A stretch of DNA of 64,000 bases from Octopus vulgaris. Taxonomy: Eukaryota. Position numbers and translations under genes: made by a program. Positions within the stretch are counted from its first letter, which is position 1. Each line of letters opens with the position of its first letter. The stretch spans positions 169,136,001-169,200,000 of the forward strand of contig OX597816.1 in assembly GCA_951406725.2 (NCBI GenBank), written 5' to 3'. Positions 54,019 through 64,000 of this stretch are shown here, piece by piece. The notes beneath the pieces are model-generated. The model did not search any database and was not told the DNA's origin. It was given only the letters and a program-made list of their open reading frames with translations.

Positions 54019-54180
54019 CATGCGACGGGCTTCTTTCAGTTTCCGTCTTCCAAATCCACTCACAATGCTTTGGTCGGCCCGAGGCTATAATAGAAGACAC
54101 TTGCCGAAGATGCCACGCAGTGGGACTGAACCCGGAACCATGTGGTTCGTAAGCAAGCTACTTACCACAGCCACTCCTAC
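53740..54180 (-). mobile_element. Full-length SINE B
   Basis: Family match. Confidence 0.92.
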
Positions 54181-54633
54181 GTTGTTGATTTCAAACTCCA
54201 GATTAGTTAACAATGACCAAACATATGATCAAGCGCGTTCCGGTCGTGACCTCCTCATCTTTTTGCATCAAGCTCCAAAGACTACACCACCCAATGAATA
54301 TATATATATTGTGTGTGCACTTAGTTGTATGACTACTACTGTATGAGTAAGAGTTCCACATAAATTATCATTATCCAGTCAGCTTCCCGTACGGGGATTA
54401 GTCTACGAGTGTAGTAAGCAGTGTTATTAGTTATGATATACAGAGTATATGTAGTAGAAAATTTAGGTAAGCACAAATATAAATTATTGGTTCCTACGTA
54501 CGTTTCCCCATTGTAGTCATCTGGAACTCAGCACTGGATGTTCCAAATGCATTTGGACACTTAACCACAATGGTTCATTAGGGGACTACCTTTTTGCATT
54601 CTGTTACAAAAATCAAATCTCTCTTCCTCCTCT

Positions 54634-55011
54634 CTACCTACCTACCTACCTACCCACCAACCTACCTACCTACCTACCCACCAACCTACCTACCCACCTA
54701 CCTAGCTACCTAGCTACCTAGCTACCTACCTACCTATCTACCTACCCACCTACCTACCTTCCTACCCACCTACCTACCTACCTACCTACCTACCTACCTA
54801 CCTACCCACATACCTAGCTAGCTAGCTACCTACCTACCTACCTACCTACCTACCTACCCACCTACCTACCTACCTACCTACCTACCTACCTACCTACCTA
54901 CCTACCTACCTATCTACCCACCTACCTACCCACCAACCTACCTACATACCTACCTACCTACCCACTAACCTACCTACCTACCTACCTACCTACCTACCTA
55001 CCTACCTACCT
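54634..55011. repeat. (CCTA)n microsatellite
   Basis: Directly visible. Confidence 0.95.
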
Positions 55012-55182
55012 ATATATCGGTTGTGCGTTGAGGTGAAATTTAGCTGCCATTTTTTCCTAATTGAACGACCATATTGGGACTTCGTTGGCTCACGGTTTGA
55101 TTTGTTTCCTTAATCGGAGGTATGTGTGTGTATGTGTGTGTATGTGTGTGTATGTGAGTGTGTGTGTATGTGAGTGTGTGTA

Positions 55183-55234
<52 letters not shown>

Positions 55235-55494
55235 TGTGGGCACATGTGCGCGTGTGTCTGCGTGCGTTACAATGTAACACCATATAAAGTTTGGAAAATT
55301 ACCAAACTATTTTATCGTTATGTTCCTCATTGAAATTGAGTTTTCTTCCCTCTCCAGCATTATAACCAGGATTCTCTAAGTGGTAGTTTTACTTGCTAGA
55401 AGTAACAAACGAAATTTCATTCAAATGATATCTTAGCACCTCAAACGACTAAATATCATTGGATAAGGTAGTTCTAAACATATCTAGAGAAAGA

Positions 55495-55703
55495 TATTTG
55501 TGTGTCTGTGTTTGTCCCCCCAACATCGCTTGACAACCGATGCTGGTGTGTTAACGTCCCCGTAACTTAGCAGTTCGGCAATTGAGACCGATAGAATAAG
55601 TACTAGGCTTACAAAGAATAAGTCCTGGGGTCGATTTGCTCGACTAAAGGCGGTGCTCCAGCATGGCCACAGTCAAATGGCTAAAACAAGTAAAAGAGAG
55701 AGT
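55495..55703 (+). mobile_element. 5'-truncated SINE B
   Basis: 3' half only. Confidence 0.88.
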
Positions 55704-55913
55704 AACGTAGTTCTCGGAGATTCAGCATAACACAGAATTTGATAAGGCTGGCACTTTGCAATACAGGTACTACTCATTTTTTGCTAGCTGACTGGACTGG
55801 AGCAATATGAAATATAGTGTCTTGCTGAAGGACACAACGTGTCGCCAGGTATCGAACTCACGACGTTACGACCATGAGCCGAATACCCGAACCACTAAGC
55901 CACGCGTCTTCAC
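55704..55913 (-). mobile_element. SINE with D-type head/core and C-type 3' module
   Basis: rc GTGAAGACGCGTGGCTTAGTGG..AAAATGAGTA then GTACCTGTATT..GCTGAATCTCCGAGAACTACGTTA. Confidence 0.75.
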
Positions 55914-56099
55914 CAATAACAACCGCTATAACGAAGATCATAGCTCGGAATAACGAAAAAACATCTAATTTTTAAGCCGTACTTTCTATAGCTTGACATA
56001 ACTATCATGTTTCCGCTAGATCAAACAGTATCTTTGTTAAGTACAGGCTGTGAGGCCCCTGGTTGGTAAAAAGACACCATGATGATAGCTTGAACGTCT

Positions 56100-56405
56100 T
56101 TACTCTTTATTCTCTTCTACTTGTTTCAGCCATTTGACTGTTGCCATGCTGGAGCACCGCCTTTAGTCGAGCAAATTGACCCCAGGACTTATTCTTTGTA
56201 AGCCCAGTACTTATTCTATCGGTCTCCTTTGCCGAACCGCTAAGTTACGGTGACGTAAACACAGCAGCATCGGTTGTCAAGCGATGTTGGGGGGACAAAC
56301 ACAGACACACAAACATACACACACACACAGACACACACACATACACACACACACAGACACACACACACACACACACAGACACACACACATACAAACACAC
56401 ACACA

Positions 56406-56476
<71 letters not shown>

Positions 56477-56888
56477 CACGTTGCTCCAGTTCACTCAGCT
56501 GTAGAAATGAGTTGCGACGTTACTGGTGCCAAGCTGTATCGACCTTTGTCTTTCCCTTGGATAACACTGGTGGCGTGGAGAGGGGAGGCTGGTATGCATG
56601 GGCGACTGCTGGCCTTCCATAAACAACCTTGCCCGGACTTGTGTCTAGGAGGGTAACTTTCTAGGTGCAATCCCATGGTCATTCATGACCGAAGGGGGTC
56701 TTTACCCTTTTACACACTTATATACGACGGGCTTCTTTCAGTTTCCGTCTACCAAATCCACTCACAAGGCTTTGGTCGGCCCGAGGCTATGGTAGAAGAT
56801 GCTTGCCCAAGGTGCCACGCAGTGGGACTGAACCCGGAGCCATGTGGCAGGTAAGCAAGCTACTTACCACACAACCACTCCTACGCCT
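56100..56888 (-). mobile_element. SINE B with a 5'-truncated D-core SINE (+, ~56472-56711) in its (TA)n tract
   Basis: Insert starts ATTTCACGTTGCTCCAGTTCACTCAGCTG and ends TCTTTACCCTTT; host resumes TATACGACGGGCTTC. Confidence 0.88.
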
Positions 56889-56995
56889 ACGTCTTTGATC
56901 ATAGTTTTTTTTGGTTTTTTTTTAAAACTTGATCGGAGGTTGAACTAGGCTCAGCAACCTTAGTCTCATTACCAACATCATCACCATCACTATCA

Positions 56996-57234
56996 ACTCT
57001 TTACTCTCTTTCTCTCATTTACTTGTTTCAGTCATTTGACTGCGGCCATACTGGAGCACCACCTTTAGTCGAGCAACTCGACCCCGGGACTTATTCTTTG
57101 TAAGCCCAGTACTTATTCTATCGGTCTCTTTTTGCCGAACCGCTAAGTGACGGGGACGTAAACACACCAGCATCGGTTGTCAAGCAATGCTAGGGGGGAC
57201 AAACACAGACACACAAACATATACACATACATAC

Positions 57235-57265
<31 letters not shown>

Positions 57266-57436
57266 CATATATACGACAGACTTCTTTCAGTTTCCGTCTA
57301 CCAAATCCACTCACAAGGCATTGGTCGGCCCGGGGCTATATCAGAAAACACTTGCCCAAGGTGCCACGCAGTGGGACTGAACCCGGAACCATGTGGTTGG
57401 TAAGCAAGCTACTTACCACATAGCCACTCCTGCGTC
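56996..57436 (-). mobile_element. Full-length SINE B
   Basis: Family match. Confidence 0.92.
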
Positions 57437-58441
57437 TAACTACTACAGCAACATATCGAATTAGCAGCCACTCGCCCTTCAAATTACTGGAAGGATAAAC
57501 TTTAGATAATATAATAAATACTGGATAATATGACCCTGAGCATATCCTGCTTGGGAAAAAGATGGAATGGTCACAGCTGGAACATTTTTGATTAAAGATA
57601 TGCTTTATCAAAACTATACCTAAATAATAACAGCAAGATTACCTATCTACCACCACGACCATCACCGCCAACACCATCACTGCCAGCAGCAGCAGGAGCA
57701 GGAGCAGCAACTTCAACAACAACAACAACAATGACGACGACGACGACGACTACAACAACAACCGGCATCAACAGTGTGAAACCCTCTTTGTAGACGCTAA
57801 GCCTGCTTGAAATAGCAGCTAAATCTCTCTGAAATTAATTCCTACGTCTTATAATTTTTTTTTTTTAAAGGACATATTGGCCTATGCGATATTAGATACA
57901 GTGTATCCGAATAAAATATGGGTGGCTGCAGTCTAATGATTAAAGCAAGCAAAAGAAAAGACGAAAGATAAGCAATGAAGTCAGGTTCACTCCATCTAAC
58001 GTACCCATTTTCTTTTAAGACAGTAAGGTGAAATTTGCGGGAGATGTGTTTGCTGCACTTTCTAGCAGGACGAGTGACCATATAGAGGCTCCCTCATTAA
58101 CAAAGGTAACATATATTTAACCGTTACGTTGTCTAATTTGTATTCCAATAATCACTACCACAATTACTATATTTATTCGTTAAGTCACTCAGATTACAAT
58201 TTACGTTTGAAACCGAAGCAAAACAAATGATCCAAAAACAAAATATACAAAATAGATAACAAAAATGTAATAATTCCTCTTACCTTTAATGTTTCGGCTT
58301 TATTCTTTGTCTTGTTTTGTTCTGGTTTTAAAGTAATATGTTTAGCAGGATTCTCCTGTCTCACCTAACCTCTAAATTTCCTCTCCCTTTTCTTCTTTGT
58401 TTCCTTTTGCCCCCCCCCCACCTCCACTCTAACTCTTAAAT

Positions 58442-58479
<38 letters not shown>

Positions 58480-58618
58480 ATATATGTATTTATATATATA
58501 TATATGCATATATAGACATATGAGTGTGTGTGTATTTATATATATATATTTGTGGATATATAATTATATACAGATACCTATATATACGTATATAAGGCCA
58601 ACAGTGTTGTGTAGTTTG

Positions 58619-58652
<34 letters not shown>

Positions 58653-58828
58653 TGTATGTATGTATTGTGGATGTGTTGTGTGTGTGTGTTGATGTGTATG
58701 TGTGTGTGTGCGTGTGTATTCAGTTTTCGGTCTCTTAATAAGCGGGAAACATTAAACGAAAATAGAATAAGTGAAGAGAGCAAGAGAGGGAGAGGGGGAG
58801 AGTAAGAGAAAGGTCGATAGAGAGAGTT

Positions 58829-58871
<43 letters not shown>

Positions 58872-59736
58872 GAGTGAAAGAGAGAGAAAGGGAACGTGTG
58901 TTATCGGTTACTACGAGAACGACGTCATCAGCTTTTCTCTCTCGACCCCTTCGTTTTCTGTCTTTTTCCTTTCTCGATTCCCTTTCTAGCTCTCCGTCTC
59001 CTAAGGAGACGTTGGCCAGTACAGTCTATTCACCAGTCATTTTGTTAGCAATAAATAAAGAAACGACTCACCCCGTGTAACATCACATGTTGAGGCTGAG
59101 TCAGAGAAAAGTTATTACAACAGTGAACAGTAGTAAGGCAGTACATATCTCAGTGACGTCTCCTTAAATCTTTCTTACCTTGTGCTTCAGTCTACATGAC
59201 TGGATGACAGGATGAATGGATTGATGGACGGCTTACACTGACGGCTACCTGGCTTGTTGGTTGTCAGGCTGGCTGGCTGATGGCTGGCTGATTGGCTGTA
59301 TGTGTGTCTAGCTGACTGGCTCGATGTTAGATGGTTAGTTGTATGGTTAGACGGCCAGTTTGTGCACTGGGATAGCTAGACGGGATGGTTATCCTAGCCG
59401 GTTGTCTGGTAGGGTTGGCTGTTGTTGTCTAGAGTGCTTCCTTGCTGGCTGGTTGGCTGAATTGGGAAGCTCGGTGACAAAACTGGATGGATAGCCTCTT
59501 GGCGAAGGCTGTTGCGTGACATCAACTGGTGGCCGATTTGTCTGTTCCTTAGCTACCAACACCTGACTAATTAGCTAACGAACTGACTCGAATACTCTTA
59601 GTACTGAAGCGCTATTTCTCTTTGTTTTTCATTTCTTTTAATTTTTGGTTGCTTGTTCAATTTACAGCTTATCTTAGAAGCGTAGTACAAAAATAGATGG
59701 TCAGTCACTTTACAAAGCTGTCTTTATCTCTCTTCC

Positions 59737-59743
59737 TGTGTGT

Positions 59744-59786
<43 letters not shown>

Positions 59787-59788
59787 TG

Positions 59789-59874
<86 letters not shown>

Positions 59875-59875
59875 T

Positions 59876-59914
<39 letters not shown>

Positions 59915-60020
59915 CGTATACATATATATACTACTATCTATCTATCTATCACACACATACATATATATATGTATGTATATATGCATATGTATATATATAT
60001 TATATACACACGACATACAG
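59737..60020. repeat. (GT)n and (TA)n low-complexity block
   Basis: Directly visible. Confidence 0.93.
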
Positions 60021-60072
60021 TAATGGGTATGCTTGCGTGTGTGTTTTATGTTTTCTACAAACGATATATCTA

Positions 60073-60330
60073 TCTATATATAAACTAAAAAATGCGTGTG
60101 TGTGTGTATGTGTCTGTGCGTCTGTATGTCTGTATATGTGCATCACTAAAACTCGAGAACTACCCAACCGATTTCATTCAAATTCTACATATTACTTAGC
60201 TAGGGTCCACGCAGTGTCATGAGCCAGAAAAATTTCCAACTTCTTGCTTAATGCGATTCCGGAGCAATCTCTTATCTCTTACGCTATTTTAGTATTACGT
60301 GTCAAAAGTGAAACAATAACATCTCTATTG
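60073..60330 (+). mobile_element. Non-autonomous Helitron-like 5' portion
   Basis: A|TCTATATATAAA start, (GT/GTCT)n tract, then AACTCGAGAACTACCCAACCGATTTCATTCAAATT; no CTRR 3' end found. Confidence 0.65.
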
Positions 60331-60444
60331 TTATGTGAGATAATACTTTCAGATTCAATCATTTCACTACTAATACTTTCACAATGTATATAATGTATAC
60401 ATTGTGAAACTATTGAAACTATTAAAAGTCAGACTATTATCTCA

Positions 60445-60487
60445 CATATATACATGCATACATACAATCATACATATATACATACAT

Positions 60488-60540
<53 letters not shown>

Positions 60541-60569
60541 CATATACATATATACATATATACATACAT

Positions 60570-60644
<75 letters not shown>

Positions 60645-60647
60645 TAT
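60445..60647. repeat. (TA)n and (TACA)n
   Basis: Directly visible. Confidence 0.93.
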
Positions 60648-60934
60648 AATGCATGTGTATATATCTATGCATATAAATTATATTTTTGTTTCTTATTTTT
60701 CTTTCTATCTTATACAAGCTAACTAAATATAAACTCAATCCAATCTATTTAACATTCACTCTATGCTGAATGGTGGTATAGTATGGGCAGATTTTTGAAA
60801 TCCATTGAATCTTTATACATTTATACATTTAAACAATTATACAAATATGCTTTTTCAAGGAGATATGATAAATATATTATAATGGGTAAGACTACGTGTA
60901 CTTTCTATATTGTGATGTAATCTTTGCACTAACA

Positions 60935-61035
60935 ATATTGCGGCTGAAGAGAGCTTTAAACCATCTTTTATATCAATAATACACTGATGTAATGACAGAT
61001 TGTTTATAAAGCTTGAAACACGTGTACCGCGATAT
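60935..61035 (+). ncRNA. Type I hammerhead ribozyme motif (Penelope-type minimal stem III)
   Basis: Stem I ATATTGCGG/CCGCGATAT; CTGAAGA 60944-60950; stem II GAGCTTTA/TAAAGCTT; GAAA 61015-61018; C-ACGT-G; GTA cleavage triplet 61024-61026. Confidence 0.8.
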
Positions 61036-61155
61036 CCTTTGTGTTCTGTTTTTAATTTATATTTGGTATATACATACATACATACATACATACATACATA
61101 CAGACATACAGACATACATACATACATACATACATACATACATACATACACATAC

Positions 61156-61207
<52 letters not shown>

Positions 61208-61408
61208 AGATTTCTTCATGTGTATATGTATATATACTTGTGTATATATATATAGATGTACATGTATATGTACAGGTAGCCGACAACTGATGAAGGGTCG
61301 TTCTTTATGTTACTTATCCTGTTTTCCATTTGTTTCTCTCATTATTTGCTACTCAACACATTTGTTTTCGTATTTCATGTTGTTTACGGTTTGTAACGTT
61401 TTGTACCC

Positions 61409-61441
<33 letters not shown>

Positions 61442-61859
61442 TGTATGTATGTATGTATGTATGTATGTATTTATGTATGTATGTATGTATTTATGTATGT
61501 ATGTATGTATTTAAGTATTTATGTATGTATATATGCATGTATATATATTATTTATATTATTATTAGACTGAACGCTACGCATCCATTTCCAAGTAAGTAT
61601 ATATGTATGTATATATATGAATAAAAACTGACAATATATTTTTACTAGAACTTTCTCGTTTGTTCCAATAATCTTATCAGTTATCATTTTTAAGTGTCAA
61701 AACGCTAGCTTCTTCATTCAGCACTGAGACTACGTAAATTATTAGTTTCTTTTGCATGTGTATGCAAATATGGTATTGGTATATCCCATTTATCTTCATT
61801 TGAAATTAAATAAATAAAGAATTTTGACATGTACAAATATTTATTTCCACCCACTGTAT

Positions 61860-61895
<36 letters not shown>

Positions 61896-61936
61896 ATATA
61901 TGTATTTATATATATATATATGCATATATACACATA

Positions 61937-63045
61937 GGCACAGGAGTGGTAAGAAACTTACTTCCCAACCACATGGTTCCGGGTTCAGTCCCACTGCTTG
62001 ACACCTTGGGCAAGTATTTTCTGCTCTAGCCTCGGGCCAACCAAAAACCTTGTGTGCGGATTTGGTTGACGGAAACTGAAAGAAGCAGGTCGTGTGTATA
62101 TATATATATATATATATAGCCATCTTCCCGAAAAACATAATTGAAAGAGAGCTGGCATACTATATGCCAGATATTAAATATATTTCACGGGGGTCAAATA
62201 TGCAACGGTGTGGTTGCTATTTGACTCCCCCGAAGAAGCTTGCGAATTCGCAAGCCAGCCTCTGGAGAGCAGTAAAATTTTGTTCCTTCCCACTTATTGT
62301 GGGAAGAAGTTGACGAGGGCTTGGGTCTGCGGTTTGCCACCCGGAATTGAGCCCGAGTGGATAGAGGATTCTATCCGCCGGGGTCTGGGTGGCAGCAGTA
62401 CCAAGCTACTCAATGTAAAAATTTTGTCTGCGGATGATTGGGAGGAGTCAAAAGCTGTTTTGACCCTATGGACCCAATCAGCCGAAAATCTGGTTTTTCC
62501 AGATTTTTTTAAGGATGGCCGGGTCTAGGTATCCGGTGATACTTGAGGGACGCCCCCACCCCAAGTATCACCTGTGCCTGGAACCCGGTCATATCAAGAA
62601 GAACTGCCCCAAGGACCAAAATAGGATCCTGGAGCAGATAACAGAAGTACTACTCACTGCTCCCTCAGTGGAAGCCTCTTCGAAAAAAAGGAAGAAAACG
62701 AAAGGTGGGCAACAATGGTTGCCCACCGAAGGAACCAAGGGCTGCGAGATGAAGGGAGGATCTGCTGGTCAAGGCGGAGGAACTCCACCGTCCCGTGGCT
62801 CAAAGGAAAAAAAAATTTTTTTTAATGGGACATCGCCTGCGGTTGGTGATGCACTGCCGGTGTGTCCCGAAGCATCTTTGGTGGGAGTTGTGTCACCAGA
62901 GATGGAGACTATACAGCCCCTTCGTTATATGGAGGAGGAATTTGTGGTTCTGGGGCTGATTTGTATTAATAAAACCCTTCAAGACGGTTTCCCAGCATGA
63001 CTGCAGTCAAATGGCTGAAACATGTAAAAGAGAAAAGATAAAAGA
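61937..63045 (+). mobile_element. SINE B split by a LINE ORF1 fragment (5' half 61937-62118, 3' end 62970-63045)
   Basis: Head/core to (TA)n; tail CCAGCATGACTGCAGTCAAATGGCTGAAACATGTAAAAGAG. Confidence 0.8.
62119..62969 (+). mobile_element. Frameshifted L1/Tx1-type ORF1 (gag-like) relic
   Basis: RAWVCGLPPGIEPEWI (RRM-like) and YPVILEGRPHPK-YHLCLEPGHIKKNCP (CX2CX4HX4C knuckle with first C mutated to Y). Confidence 0.75.
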
Positions 63046-63138
63046 TACAAAAAATAACCCCCCACCACTCTTTTCTTAGTTCTCATCCCAACCAGTTTCC
63101 ATCTCTATAATATCTTCCTTTGTAAACTACTTACAGCA

Positions 63139-63225
63139 TCATCCACCGCTTTAATTCTGTATATCAATGATCTCACTTTCTTCAGCTTAAGCCATATTCA
63201 CCTTACCAATGATGATACCAACCAA
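63139..63225 (+). mobile_element. Short CR1-like RT core relic
   Basis: Manual translation STALILYINDL...IHLTNDDTN resembles SP.LF.LYINDL...IH.YADD. Confidence 0.45.
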
Positions 63226-64000
63226 CCTCTGACTTTATGTATTCTTACTCAATTTTAAACTGAAGAGACTTCACATCCTGCAACGTATCAAATTTTCTGA
63301 AAAGTTTCCATCAACAATCATCCTTATACAAACCTGTGCTGATCGTCTGCCACTAGTTTACCAAGGTAGCTACTTGGCTTTCTCTTTCTAGACTCCCTCT
63401 GATGCTGGTGGCATCGATTTGATGTCACTATCCTGAATTTATTCAAACGTCTCTTCCCTCGAAATATGTGGCCTTAAATCTATGCTAGAAATAAACTTCT
63501 AGTGTTTCCAGTTCGAACATATGTCTTGCATTCCATATACATACATCGTCCATACATAATTTTATCAACTCATAGCAGGCCTGCACATCTTCCATTAGGA
63601 TAGACTTTCAACAGACCTTTGTGTTTAACAGTTTAGTTACATGAAGAAGGACAATGTGCATGATCTTTTCAGCGTGTTTCTGACTGGTGGAAGCACTTAT
63701 TCTGAGGTCAAAACTTTGGCTTGACTGTTTGAGACAGATTGTTGCCTTAAACTGGGCAATGGATTAAGTCTCCTTTCCTTTAAGAGGAAAACCGCCCCCA
63801 ACGCACTTCCACACATTTTTTTGTTTATCAAATATTCTTCGCAAGATTATGGCGGAAAACACTTTCCAATCGTACTGCATAATGGAATCGAACCAGAAAT
63901 CACGTACTTGATAAACGAACTTCGTAAGCACATAGCTATGATGCATCCATCTTGCAATAGAAGCTCTACAATCTTGTACAGCAGTCAATTTAATCTCTCT

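Noticed and set aside
63764-63988. 74-aa minus-strand ORF
   Set aside because: Overlaps a degraded SINE B-like head; no protein features

Overview
AT-rich, repeat-dominated eukaryotic DNA that is intronic or intergenic. The SINE and microsatellite content resembles an octopod cephalopod genome; this is recognition from memory, not verified. I could not support any host protein-coding exon, and almost all listed ORFs are microsatellite or SINE translation artefacts. The window holds about 40 copies of at least four tRNA-headed SINE families (labelled A-D here), many nested, multimerised or with swapped 3' modules. It also holds five copies of a ~400-bp MITE with 29-bp TIRs, 8-bp TSDs and an internal TTAGGG tract, two piggyBac-like MITEs and a Helitron-like 5' end. 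LINE relics cover the L1/Tx1, CR1-group, RTE and R4/Dong clades, alongside Penelope-like terminal fragments and long microsatellites. Most notable: a complete type I hammerhead ribozyme fold at 60935-61035 plus two degenerate Penelope-type ones, a CR1 3' end inserted exactly in the MITE's telomeric tract, recurrent site-specific SINE self-insertion, and a ~400-bp fold-back at 23297-23704.
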